From assembly GCA_041167675.1 (NCBI GenBank), contig JBEEIB010000146.1, positions 2,935 to 66,934 of the forward strand: a DNA stretch of 64,000 bases. The letters are read 5' to 3'. The stretch is from Verrucomicrobiota bacterium (GTDB lineage Bacteria > Verrucomicrobiota > Verrucomicrobiia > Chthoniobacterales > JAFAMB01). The position numbers and the translations under genes were made by a program. The notes beneath the pieces were generated by a model. The model was not told the origin of the DNA. It made no database searches and saw nothing but the letters and a program-made list of their open reading frames with translations. Of the stretch, positions 34,488 to 43,982 are shown piece by piece; position 1 is the first letter of the stretch, and every line of letters starts with the position of its first letter.

Positions 34488-35705
34488 CTAGAGCCAGAGA
34501 ACAAAGAGAGCCGTAGCGGAGAGCACGATTCCGCTGCAACAGACTCCAGGCCATCCGGCCAGCAGCCATGCTTGGGCTCCAATCAAGGATCCGAATGCGC
34601 CACCCAGGAAGTAGATCACCATGTAAACGGAATTGATTCTGCTGTGCAGCGAGCGTTCCAGAGAATAGATCCGCGTTTGATTGGCAATTTGGTTTCCTTG
34701 CACCCCCGCGTCCAACAGCAGAACGCCTGCACCCAGCACCAGCAGAGTATACTGATGGCTGAAAAGCATCGTAACGAAGGCCAGTAAGACCAGGAACAAG
34801 AAGAGTCCGTTGATCTGCCGAGGCTCGTGTCTTTCCGCGAGATGACCGGCCAAAGGGGCAACTAAAGCGCCAGTGATGGCGACCAGGCCGAATATTCCGG
34901 TCACATCGGAGCCGTAATGCTCTGGCCGCGAGTGAAGGTAGAAAGCAAGCGTGGTCCAGAAAGCGCCAAAGGCCCCGAACGCAAGGGCGCCAATCGCGCT
35001 GTGACGCCGAATGATTGGTTCAGACCGCAAGAGTTGCGGTAGCGACCTCAGCAAGCGTCCGTACGATGTGGTGCCGTGGGCCGGCTGTGAAGGAAGAGCA
35101 ATGCAGAGGACTCCGCTCAGCAAAAGCATGACTCCCGCAGCCAGCCAAAAAACGGTATGCCATGACAGCCGGCTTCCGATCAATCCACTCAAACTTCGCG
35201 AGGCGAGAATCCCAATCAGCAAGCCGCTCATCACCAATCCAACCACCTTTCCGCGGCCGGGTCCGATAACCAGGCTCGCGGCATAGGGTATGACGAGCTG
35301 AGGAGTGATCGAAGTGATTCCGACGGCGAAGCTGGAGAACAGCATGACGGCTAAATTCGGTGATAACGGAATCGCAATAAGAGCCAGCGAAGACAACAAC
35401 GTGGTCAACGCGATCAACCACTTCCGGTCGACGCTGTCACCGATCGGCAGCAAAAAAAGCAGACCGGTCGCGTACCCGAGTTGGGTCGCAGTCGAAACCC
35501 AGGCGACAGCCGCCGAGTTGATGTTGAGCGAAACCGCAATCGCATTCAAGACCGGCTGATTGTAATAGATATTCATCACCACCAGTCCAGCGGTCGTAGC
35601 CAAGAGAAAGATCAACGCGCGGGAGGGCGCTTTGGCGCTTTCGGGCACCCGACGAGCCGGGGCTGCTGGGGACGAATCAACGGCAGTCGTCAAAGACGAA
35701 TCCAT
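34488..35705 (-). CDS. MFS transporter
   Basis: A 405-aa ORF with about 12 predicted TM segments and the loop motif LPIGDSVDRKW between TM2 and TM3. Confidence 0.85.
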   Translation of the reverse strand: MDSSLTTAVDSSPAAPARRVPESAKAPSRALIFLLATTAGLVVMNIYYNQPVLNAIAVSLNINSAAVAWVSTATQLGYATGLLFLLPIGDSVDRKWLIALTTLLSSLALIAIPLSPNLAVMLFSSFAVGITSITPQLVIPYAASLVIGPGRGKVVGLVMSGLLIGILASRSLSGLIGSRLSWHTVFWLAAGVMLLLSGVLCIALPSQPAHGTTSYGRLLRSLPQLLRSEPIIRRHSAIGALAFGAFGAFWTTLAFYLHSRPEHYGSDVTGIFGLVAITGALVAPLAGHLAERHEPRQINGLFLFLVLLAFVTMLFSHQYTLLVLGAGVLLLDAGVQGNQIANQTRIYSLERSLHSRINSVYMVIYFLGGAFGSLIGAQAWLLAGWPGVCCSGIVLSATALFVLWL

Positions 35706-36029
35706 CAGGGCCGACGCCGAGCAATTCTGGGCGATATTTGATAGACAAAACGCCGGGCGAACTGGAGGAGGCTCTTAACTTGCGCTCGATCTCGAGGTAT
35801 TTGGCGGATTCGCTGAAGTAAACGAGGAGAAGACCCTAAGTCCATGTTTGACCGGGCGGTTAACCGGCTTACCCTAGCAATAAATTGTGCTCGCTGGAAA
35901 GTCAAAGTGAAATTGTACCGATAGGTCAACCGGAACAATCGAGCGATTAGACGCGGGTTTAGACGACGAGAGGGTAAGGAACCGAGCGATCTCCTTTACA
36001 AATACGGGCTTCGCTGAAATTTGAACAAG

Positions 36030-38594
36030 ATGCGTCACCAGACAGGTTTTGAGGGATCGTTCTTTCGAACGAAAACGCATCGTCATTTAGTGCGACGAAA
36101 TATCGGTGGATTGATGGTGTTGGCCACTCTCGCGCTATTCGGAATAAAGGACGTCAGCGCCGACTCGGTCGAAGACCGCGTGAACGATCTGCTGGGTCGA
36201 ATGACCTTGCAAGAGAAGTTGGAGTACATCGGAGGCATCCACGCCATGTCGATCCGGCCAATTCCGCGGCTCGGGCTGCCTGAGATTCGGATGAGTGATG
36301 GCCCGGTAGGTGTGCGCCAGGATCGCCCGAGCACTCGTTATCCTGCTGGCATCGCTTTGGCGGCGACTTGGAATCCACTGCTGGCGGCAAGGGAGGGTAC
36401 TTCCATGGGCCGCGACTGTCGTGCGCGGGGCATCCACATACTACTCGCCCCCGGACTCAACATTAATCGGGTCCCAGTTTGCGGTAGGAACTCCGAATAT
36501 CTCTCCGGTGAAGATCCGTATCTCGCGAGCCAAATGGTCGTACCGTTTGTCCGTGGAGTACAGAGCCAAGGGGTGGTTGCCACGGTTAAACATTTCGCGG
36601 CGAATAACCAGGAATTCAATCGCATGGAGATCAGTGCCGACGTAGGAGAGCGCGCTCTTCGGGAAATTTATTTGCCGGCGTTCGAAGCCGCGGTCAAAGA
36701 CGGCAAAGCTGGAGCGGTGATGGACGCTTACAATCAGGTGAACGGCTCATTTTGCACCGAAAACCGGTTCCTCAATCTCCAGGTTCTTAAGACCGAATGG
36801 GGTTTCTCTGGCGTGCTGATGTCAGATTGGGGCGCCACTCATCATACATTGGCGGCGGCCACTGGCGGCCTTGATCTGGAGATGCCATCGGGGACTTATT
36901 TCAATCCCGCCGTACTTTCCTCCCTGCTAAAGAAACACCAGATCTCCGAGAGCCAAATTGATGATAAGGTCCGCAGAATACTTCAATTAATCGTCCGCAA
37001 CGGCTTTCTCGATCGTCCGCAGCTGGATTCGGATATTCCAGAGAATGATCCAACGAGTGCGTCGACGGCGCTAGCTATAGCGCAGGAAGGAGTCGTTCTG
37101 TTGAAGAATGAAGGGAAGCTTCTGCCGCTTGATCGCAAAAATATCCGCAGGGTGGCAGTCTTCGGTCCGGATGCGCGTCCCGGAGTCCCAACGGGTTGGG
37201 GAAGCTCGTTTGTCCACCCAATAAACTCGGTAAGCTTAGTCGATGGCTTACGCGATTTGCTCGGTTCGGATGTAAAGATAGACTATTTTGGTGTTGGAGT
37301 TGGTTCGTTTGAGTCGGCTCAGTTTCTTCATTCTGCGGAAGACGGAAAATTAGAGCCCGGACTCAAAGTCGAATTCTTCGATAATCCGATTCTGTCTGGG
37401 CAACCGATTCATACCCGAGTCGATTCGCACATCAACTTTGATTGGCCGGCCGGCAGGCCGTTACCCGAACTATCCTCCGATCGATTTTCTGCTCGTTGGA
37501 CCGGGCTGATCCGTGCCTCGGATTCCGGTCCCCATGCTTTTCGAGCGGGTTCCGATGATGGCATTCGCGTCTTTCTGAACGGCGAATTGATCATCGACGA
37601 CTGGCGGGACCACGCACCTAGGACAGTGACGGCCATACGTTCTTTGGAAGCGGGTAAAACCTACTCGCTCCGTATCGATTATCACAACCACGGTGGTGGA
37701 TCGGCGCTCGCTCAATTCGGGTGGGCTTCGTTCGCGGTACCGGACACGATTGGCGACTATGACGTCGCAATTATTGGTGCCGGCTTCGATGATGGAACCG
37801 AGGGCGAAGGTACAGACCGGACGTTCGCACTGCCCGATCTGCAGGATCGATTAATTCAGAACGTAGCAGAAAAAAATCCACGGACTGTAGTGATCTTATT
37901 TTCCGGCGGTAACGTTGATATGAATTCCTGGCTGGATAAGGTCCCGGTTTTGTTGCACGCCTGGTACCCGGGCCAGGAGGGAGGACACGCTCTGGCGACG
38001 CTGCTGGTTGGCGACATAAATCCTTCGGGCAAATTGCCGGTTAGCTTCGAGAGAGCTTTTGCTGACAATCCAGCGGCCACCAACTATCCGTCTAGGGATG
38101 GAGGGAAGACGGTAAACTACGCGGAAGGCATTTTTGTGGGCTATCGAGGCTACGATCATTCCGCGATCGAACCCCGGTTTCCGTTTGGATTTGGTCTGTC
38201 GTACACCGACTTCGAGTATTCCGACATACAGGTCGCCCCGTCTGCCGCCTCGGCTGGAGAGCCGATTCAAGTGAAATGTCAGATCAAGAACATCGGTACG
38301 CGGCCGGGCGCGGAGATCGCGCAACTTTACGTACACCCGATTGACCCGGTGGTGGAACGGCCGGTGCGCGAACTCAAAGGCTTCATCAAAGTTTGGTTAA
38401 ACCCAGGCGAAAAAAAAGAGGTGAGTCTCGCATTGAGTCAGAATGCGTTCCAGTACTTCGATTCGATAACTCACCAATTCAAGACAGAGGCCGGCCGATA
38501 TCAGCTTGAGGTAGGCTCCTCGTCGCGACATATTCGGTTAACCCAGCCATTTGAGCTGAAACAAGAAATGCCGCACTCCGATGCTGCTCACTGA
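36030..38594 (+). CDS. GH3 beta-glucosidase with an inserted PA14 domain
   Basis: The sequence contains RMTLQEKLEYIGG, GPVGVR, KHFAANNQE and GVLMSDWGA (the nucleophile region). The PA14-like segment is GLKVEFFDN...FSARWTGLI...DDGIRVFLNGELIIDDW. The C-terminal Fn3-like domain contains GKLPVSFE. The ATG at 36030 is preferred over the TTG at 36021. Confidence 0.9.
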   Translation: MRHQTGFEGSFFRTKTHRHLVRRNIGGLMVLATLALFGIKDVSADSVEDRVNDLLGRMTLQEKLEYIGGIHAMSIRPIPRLGLPEIRMSDGPVGVRQDRPSTRYPAGIALAATWNPLLAAREGTSMGRDCRARGIHILLAPGLNINRVPVCGRNSEYLSGEDPYLASQMVVPFVRGVQSQGVVATVKHFAANNQEFNRMEISADVGERALREIYLPAFEAAVKDGKAGAVMDAYNQVNGSFCTENRFLNLQVLKTEWGFSGVLMSDWGATHHTLAAATGGLDLEMPSGTYFNPAVLSSLLKKHQISESQIDDKVRRILQLIVRNGFLDRPQLDSDIPENDPTSASTALAIAQEGVVLLKNEGKLLPLDRKNIRRVAVFGPDARPGVPTGWGSSFVHPINSVSLVDGLRDLLGSDVKIDYFGVGVGSFESAQFLHSAEDGKLEPGLKVEFFDNPILSGQPIHTRVDSHINFDWPAGRPLPELSSDRFSARWTGLIRASDSGPHAFRAGSDDGIRVFLNGELIIDDWRDHAPRTVTAIRSLEAGKTYSLRIDYHNHGGGSALAQFGWASFAVPDTIGDYDVAIIGAGFDDGTEGEGTDRTFALPDLQDRLIQNVAEKNPRTVVILFSGGNVDMNSWLDKVPVLLHAWYPGQEGGHALATLLVGDINPSGKLPVSFERAFADNPAATNYPSRDGGKTVNYAEGIFVGYRGYDHSAIEPRFPFGFGLSYTDFEYSDIQVAPSAASAGEPIQVKCQIKNIGTRPGAEIAQLYVHPIDPVVERPVRELKGFIKVWLNPGEKKEVSLALSQNAFQYFDSITHQFKTEAGRYQLEVGSSSRHIRLTQPFELKQEMPHSDAAH

Positions 38595-39759
38595 GCAAGA
38601 AACCTTACGGCGCATTCTGGATGCGACCGAGACGCTCGCCTCTGAAGAAGTACCGATTGCCGAGGCGGGAGATCGCGTGTTGGCCAACACTCTCTTTGCT
38701 CGGATTGCACTGCCTGCATTCACCAATTCGGCGATGGATGGCTACGCGGTGATTGCGCGCGAAGTTGGGCCAGGAACGCGACTAGCCGTAGTGGGCGAAC
38801 AATCGGCAGGCGCCGACCAGCAACTCCAAGTGAAGTCCGGTACCACCGTCCGAATTTTCACGGGAGCGCCTTTACCGGAAGGCGCTGACGCCGTGTTGAT
38901 GCAGGAAGAAGCCGAGCGATCCGGTGACGAAATTATCGTCCGGGCGGAGCTGCAGCCGGCCGAAAACGTTCGATTGCGCGGCGGCGATCTCTGCGAGGGA
39001 CAAAAAATCGGGGAGCCAGGTATGCGCTTGAACGCTCAACGATTGGCATTGGTGGCTTCCCAGGGATTGAGTCGAGTTACCGCTTATCGTCGCCCACGGG
39101 TGAGCGTGGTGGTAACCGGAAGCGAATTACGCAAACCGGCTGCATCACTGGGACCAGGAGAAATCTATGAGACCAACGGAATCATGCTGTCCGAGTTGGT
39201 TCGCGGAAGCGGTGGGCTACCAGTTCATTTTGACCCGGTTCCGGACGAGGAAGAGGCCCATATCCGGACCTTGAGTGAAGCGTTGCAATCCGATGTAGCC
39301 ATAGTCGCCGGTGGAGTTTCAGTGGGCGAAAAAGACCTGGTCAAACCGGTTCTCCGAAAGTTAGGAGCGGAGATTGCGCTGTGGAGGGTTGCGATCCGTC
39401 CAGGGAAACCATTCCTGTTTGGCCGGCTTGGTCGTAAATTGATTTTCGGTTTACCAGGTAACCCAGTTTCCGCTTACGTGACTTTCGTCGTTTTTGTTCG
39501 ACCTGCGCTGCTTTGTCTTCAAGGTGCGAGCGGGGAATCGAGCGTGCGAACGAAAGTAATAGCGGCCCATCCGTTGCGGAACCCTGGGGAGCGTCCACAC
39601 TATTTGCGGGGAAAGCTGAGGGGCGATTCCTTCGCCTTGGTCGGTCCACAAGAATCGCACGCGCTCTTTGCGCTCTCCCAGGCAGACGCCCTCGTTCGGT
39701 TGGAACCGAACCAGGAGGTGACGGAGGGGGAAACGCTGGAAGCGTTGCTGATTAGCTGA
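38581..39759 (+). CDS. moeA: Molybdopterin molybdenumtransferase MoeA
   Basis: PAFTNSAMDGYAV, IFTGAPLPEGADAV, GGVSVGEKD and GLPGNPVSAYVTF are present. Confidence 0.9.
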   Translation: MLLTEQETLRRILDATETLASEEVPIAEAGDRVLANTLFARIALPAFTNSAMDGYAVIAREVGPGTRLAVVGEQSAGADQQLQVKSGTTVRIFTGAPLPEGADAVLMQEEAERSGDEIIVRAELQPAENVRLRGGDLCEGQKIGEPGMRLNAQRLALVASQGLSRVTAYRRPRVSVVVTGSELRKPAASLGPGEIYETNGIMLSELVRGSGGLPVHFDPVPDEEEAHIRTLSEALQSDVAIVAGGVSVGEKDLVKPVLRKLGAEIALWRVAIRPGKPFLFGRLGRKLIFGLPGNPVSAYVTFVVFVRPALLCLQGASGESSVRTKVIAAHPLRNPGERPHYLRGKLRGDSFALVGPQESHALFALSQADALVRLEPNQEVTEGETLEALLIS

Positions 39760-39824
39760 CCGAGAAAACGAGATTGAACCCTCGAAGGTCGAAACGATAT
39801 TGTAGTCATTATTAGATTCATTAC

Positions 39825-40769
39825 ATGGTTGCATTAAAAGAAGGGTACGACCTGGCATCCGAGGTCAGAAGACTGAAAGTCGAACGAAGAGCTGTTATTC
39901 TGGCGCATAATTATCAAGTGCCCGAAGTTCAGGACGTCGCCGACTTTGTAGGTGACTCGCTGGGGCTGAGTTATCGAGCGAAAGAGGCCGATGCAGATGT
40001 CATCGTATTTTGTGGTGTGCATTTCATGGCGGAGACGGCGAAAATCATTAATCCGACCAAGAAAGTGATCCTGCCGGATTTAGAGGCTGGCTGCTCGCTG
40101 TCCGATTCGTGTCCGGCCGACCAACTAGAAGCTTTTTTGCAAAAGCATTTGGACAAGAACTACTACGTCATTGCGTACATCAACTGCAGTGCCGGGGTGA
40201 AAGCTCTTTCGGATATCATTTGTACCAGTGGTAACGCCGTGAAAGTGGTTGAGCACGCCCCCGCAGATCGCAACATCCTCTTCGTTCCCGATCAAAACCT
40301 TGGCTCCTGGGTTATGGAGAAGACGGGGCGCAAAATGGATTTGTGGCGAGGAGCTTGCTACGTGCACGTAGAGTTTACTCAAAACAGCATCAATGCGATC
40401 CGCGAAGTCTATCCGGATGCTCCGGTGGTTGCGCACCCGGAATGTACCTACGCAGTCCGAATGTTAGCGGACGAAGTTTGTTCGACCGAAAAGATGGTCA
40501 GCTTCTGCCGGTCCTCCAGTGCCGACACGTTCATCATTGTCACGGAATCGGGGATGCTCCACCGCCTCAAAAAGGAAGTTCCTAACAAGACGTTTATTCC
40601 GGGTCCAACCGACAACTGCTCTTGCGCGAACTGCCGGTACATGAAGCGGAATACCCTTGAAAAACTTCGGGATGCTCTCGATTTTCTCCAACCGGAAATC
40701 GAAGTGGCGGAGACGATCCGACAGCGGGCTGTCCTACCAATAGAACGAATGCTGGATTTGAGTCGGTGA
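39825..40769 (+). CDS. nadA: Quinolinate synthase NadA
   Basis: AHNYQVPEVQDVADFVGDSL, CGVHFMAETAKI, VAHPEC and the C-terminal CANCRYMK are present. Confidence 0.9.
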   Translation: MVALKEGYDLASEVRRLKVERRAVILAHNYQVPEVQDVADFVGDSLGLSYRAKEADADVIVFCGVHFMAETAKIINPTKKVILPDLEAGCSLSDSCPADQLEAFLQKHLDKNYYVIAYINCSAGVKALSDIICTSGNAVKVVEHAPADRNILFVPDQNLGSWVMEKTGRKMDLWRGACYVHVEFTQNSINAIREVYPDAPVVAHPECTYAVRMLADEVCSTEKMVSFCRSSSADTFIIVTESGMLHRLKKEVPNKTFIPGPTDNCSCANCRYMKRNTLEKLRDALDFLQPEIEVAETIRQRAVLPIERMLDLSR

Positions 40770-41950
40770 ATCAACACGGAGCCTTGGTAATCGGGGCGGG
40801 TCCTGCTGGTCTACGGGCGGCTGAGATTTTGGCAGCCGCCGGGATAGAGACGCGAATCTTTGAACAAAAGCCTTCGCTCGGGCGTAAGTTTCTAGTGGCA
40901 GGCCGGGGCGGTCTCAACATCACGCATTCCGAAAGATACGATCTCTTCGTCACCCGGTATGACTCGCCCGCCCGCTGGCAGCGATTGCTCCAATCGTTCC
41001 GTCCGGAAGAACTTCGTGCTTGGTTTGAAAGACTGGGAGTTCCAACCTTTGTCGGGACTAGCGGACGGATATTTCCGAAGTCACAGAGAGCCCCGGAAAT
41101 TCTGGAACGTTGGTTAGAACGGCTCTACAAGCTCGGTTGTGATATTCGCACTGGTTACAAATTTCATCATCTTCTGGGTCAAAGCCCATTCGATGTAGTC
41201 TTTCAGAGAGGCTCTGAATTTGCGTTTGAAAGCGGCGGCGTCGTCGTATTCGCGTGCGGAGGCGCTTCCTGGCCGCAGACTGGGTCGGACGGAGCATGGG
41301 TCGAGCAGTTCAAGTCGATGGGAATTTCTGTTGCTCCATTTACTCCATCGAACGTGGGATGGGAGTGTCCTTGGTCTGCAAAGTTCCTGGCAATTGCGGA
41401 TGGTAGGCCTCTCAAAAACGTGGCGGCGACGTGCGCCGGAAAAACGGTTCGAGGCGAACTGTTGATCACGAAGTACGGGTTAGAGGGTGGAGTCATTTAT
41501 CAGCTCACCCGAGAGTTGCGGGAGGACCATAGCATCACAATTGATCTTAAGCCTGATTTGGACCAAGCAGAACTTCGCCGGCGGTGGCGAGAGGGTGAGT
41601 CACTCAAAGAGTCGGCCGCGAAAAGCTGGCGGTTGAGCACCGCGGTCATTGCTCTGCTGGAAGAGAAGGGATTTCTCTCCGATTTTTCGACGCTGTTAGC
41701 CGGCATAAAGAAATGTCAACTGAAGGTGGTGGAGCCACGGCCGGTAGAGGAAGCGATATCCTCGGCCGGAGGGGTTACTTGGGAAGAGCTTAACGATGAT
41801 CTGATGCTAAAAAAATATCCCGGAATGTTTTGTGCCGGCGAAATGATCGATTGGGATGCTCCGACCGGGGGATATTTGCTACAGGGCTGCTTTGCCACCG
41901 GAACGATCGCCGGACAAGGTGCAGTGAAGTGGATTGCGCAGGATCGGTAA
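40766..41950 (+). CDS. HI0933/YhiN-like flavoprotein (TIGR03862-type NAD(P)/FAD-dependent oxidoreductase)
   Basis: VIGAGPAGLRAAEILAAAGIETRIFEQKPSLGRKFLVAGRGGLNITHSE is present, and the C-terminus contains GEMIDWDAPTGGYLLQ. Confidence 0.85.
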   Translation: MNQHGALVIGAGPAGLRAAEILAAAGIETRIFEQKPSLGRKFLVAGRGGLNITHSERYDLFVTRYDSPARWQRLLQSFRPEELRAWFERLGVPTFVGTSGRIFPKSQRAPEILERWLERLYKLGCDIRTGYKFHHLLGQSPFDVVFQRGSEFAFESGGVVVFACGGASWPQTGSDGAWVEQFKSMGISVAPFTPSNVGWECPWSAKFLAIADGRPLKNVAATCAGKTVRGELLITKYGLEGGVIYQLTRELREDHSITIDLKPDLDQAELRRRWREGESLKESAAKSWRLSTAVIALLEEKGFLSDFSTLLAGIKKCQLKVVEPRPVEEAISSAGGVTWEELNDDLMLKKYPGMFCAGEMIDWDAPTGGYLLQGCFATGTIAGQGAVKWIAQDR

Positions 41951-41973
41951 GCGTGACAGCTTCCTTTCCGTTT

Positions 41974-42459
41974 ATGGAACTTCAGATTGGTGATCCAGCT
42001 CCGAATTTTCAAGCAGTGGCAGTCGGAGGCATTTATGGTGCCGGCCAGCCGGTGAAGTTGGCCGATTTTAAGGGATCGACGCTGGTCCTTTATTTCTATC
42101 CCAAAGACGGTACTCCCGGATGCACTCAGCAAGCGTGCGACATTCGCGACGCCTGGTCCGATATTCAGTCGAGGGCAGAATTATTTGGCGTGAGCGTCGA
42201 TACCGTCGAAAGCCACCAGAAATTCATTAAAAAAAATGGCCTTCCTTTCCCGCTCCTGAGCGACGCGGAAAAGGCTTTGGCAGATGCCTACCATGTCTGG
42301 GTGGAAAAAAGCATGTACGGCAAAAAATACTTCGGATCGGAAAGGACTACGTTCATCATCGGCCCAGATCAGCGTATTGTTCAGATTCTCAAGAAAGTTA
42401 AGCCTTCCGAACATATTAAGGCGCTTCGTCACGCATTGTTCGTCGGTGAAGCGGTGTGA
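41974..42459 (+). CDS. bcp: Thiol peroxidase Bcp (peroxiredoxin)
   Basis: MELQIGDPAPNF...LVLYFYPKDGTPGCTQQACDIRD carries the peroxidatic PxxxTxxC motif. The longer ORF-track start at 41830 overlaps the upstream gene. Confidence 0.85.
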   Translation: MELQIGDPAPNFQAVAVGGIYGAGQPVKLADFKGSTLVLYFYPKDGTPGCTQQACDIRDAWSDIQSRAELFGVSVDTVESHQKFIKKNGLPFPLLSDAEKALADAYHVWVEKSMYGKKYFGSERTTFIIGPDQRIVQILKKVKPSEHIKALRHALFVGEAV

Positions 42460-42475
42460 CGCGCTAAAGTTTGGA

Positions 42476-42627
42476 GCGAAGGTAGGGCGATCCGTCCCGG
42501 ATCGCCGATCCAGGTGAGCCATCGTTCCACTTGGCCTGGTAATGAGGCAATGAGAAATTCTTCGGTGACGGCATGAGGGCTAACTGGTTTCGATTCGGCG
42601 GTCCGGGACGGACCGCCCTACCTTCGC
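42476..42627. repeat. MITE-like palindromic element with 31-bp terminal inverted repeats, same class as 16898..17045
   Basis: GCGAAGGTAGGGCGATCCGTCCCGGATCGCC (42476-42506) pairs with 42597-42627 apart from two positions. Those two positions are compensatory within each arm hairpin (GGCGATCCG/CGGATCGCC versus GGCGGTCCG/CGGACCGCC). The spacer is 90 bp. Confidence 0.85.
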
Positions 42628-42710
42628 TTCGTGCCTCGATAACAAAACTGACTCTATCGGCCGCGCCAAGGATGAGACGCAGAAAGCGTGAATTTAGATA
42701 ACTCCAAAAG

Positions 42711-43901
42711 ATGAATCAGCAGACGCTACTTGGCATCTATGAAAAGATCGAAGCGCTGATTGCCCGTCTGCCTGGTCCGTTGCAAAAAGCGATTCTGCAA
42801 GAGTTGCGACCGATCAAGCAAATCTTTCTGGCGCAGCGTCCGGCCCGTCTGGCATTGCTAGGCGACGCGAACGCGAATGCCTCTTCGGTAGTATCGGCGC
42901 TGCTTGGCTCTGAATTGACTTTGATTGCGCCCCTGACCGATCCCGGCTGGATCAACTATGAGCAACGGCTCAAAGGAGGATTTCGTGTTCTCGATGCTCG
43001 CCGCCTCAATCAGACCTCTTTGTCGTGGAGCGATCTGGCCCGGGCCTTGTCAGAAGAGGACCCTGACGTGATCCTGTTTTTAGTTAGTGGGATTGCTTCG
43101 ACCGACCTCAGCTTTGAATGTGAGCAAGCTACTCGGGTGCTTGATTTCCTCCATCAGCGATTCCAAAAACGAGTGCCACTGATCGGAGTGGTTGATCTCC
43201 CTGCCAGCACCAGTCCCGAGGTTGCCGAAAAGCGTCGAACAGAATTGCAGGGCTGGCTGAGCAGCCAGCCGGAATTGGCTTCGCATTTTGTGCGCGCGAT
43301 CGCTGTTTCCTCGTTTGTGCGATTTCGGTTGGATGGTTCCCTCGATTTAGAGCGGGACGAACGGCGCAACATTCGCGAGCTAGCTGAATTGATGACTCGG
43401 GAGCTTCCGGACGATGCCCAGGTCGAGATGGCTCGACTCTTCGGCGCGAAAGAGGTCCAGAAAGACCTCAGCAATCGGTTGATTCGCGCGGTGACTGCGA
43501 TGTCCGCTGCGATTGGAGCACAGCCAATTCCACTCGCGGATTTTCCAATTTTGACTGCGCTTCAGTTCATGATGGTGGCCGGCGTCATGCATATCAGTGG
43601 TCGGGAATTGAGCCTGAAGGCTGCAGGCGAATTTATTGGTGCACTCGGAATGAATATCGGCGTCGGAATGGCCTTTCGCGAGGGCGCACGCGCGGCAGTA
43701 AAGCTTCTTCCCGGCTGGGGAAATGCGATTTCCGGGGGCGTGGCCGCTGCTGGAACTTACGGGATCGGTCGAGCTGCCAGCGCTTATTTCATCGAAGGAA
43801 TCTCCCTGGGAGAGGTCCGCAAATTATTTCGACGAAAAAGGCGAGATGAGATCCGGCAGCTGAAAAGCGAGAAAAAAAGTCAAGCTGATTCCGGCAAGTA
43901 A
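42711..43901 (+). CDS. GTPase-like protein with a degenerate P-loop fused to a DUF697 (YcjF-like) membrane domain
   Basis: The G1 position reads LLGDANANASS instead of GxxxxGK[ST]. The C-terminal PIPLADFPILTALQFMMVAGV...LLPGWGNAISGGVAAAGTYGIGRAASAYF is DUF697-like. Confidence 0.8.
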   Translation: MNQQTLLGIYEKIEALIARLPGPLQKAILQELRPIKQIFLAQRPARLALLGDANANASSVVSALLGSELTLIAPLTDPGWINYEQRLKGGFRVLDARRLNQTSLSWSDLARALSEEDPDVILFLVSGIASTDLSFECEQATRVLDFLHQRFQKRVPLIGVVDLPASTSPEVAEKRRTELQGWLSSQPELASHFVRAIAVSSFVRFRLDGSLDLERDERRNIRELAELMTRELPDDAQVEMARLFGAKEVQKDLSNRLIRAVTAMSAAIGAQPIPLADFPILTALQFMMVAGVMHISGRELSLKAAGEFIGALGMNIGVGMAFREGARAAVKLLPGWGNAISGGVAAAGTYGIGRAASAYFIEGISLGEVRKLFRRKRRDEIRQLKSEKKSQADSGK

Positions 43902-43982
43902 ACGCTGTGAATAACTTGTTCAAAACTGCGGGTTTGTGGAGAAAAACCTGCTAGCAAGTTCCACCTGCAGCGCCCTTGGTGA

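Noticed and set aside
41830-41973. N-terminal extension of bcp
   Set aside because: The extension overlaps the end of the flavoprotein gene in another frame. Peroxiredoxin homology starts at MELQIGDPAPNF.
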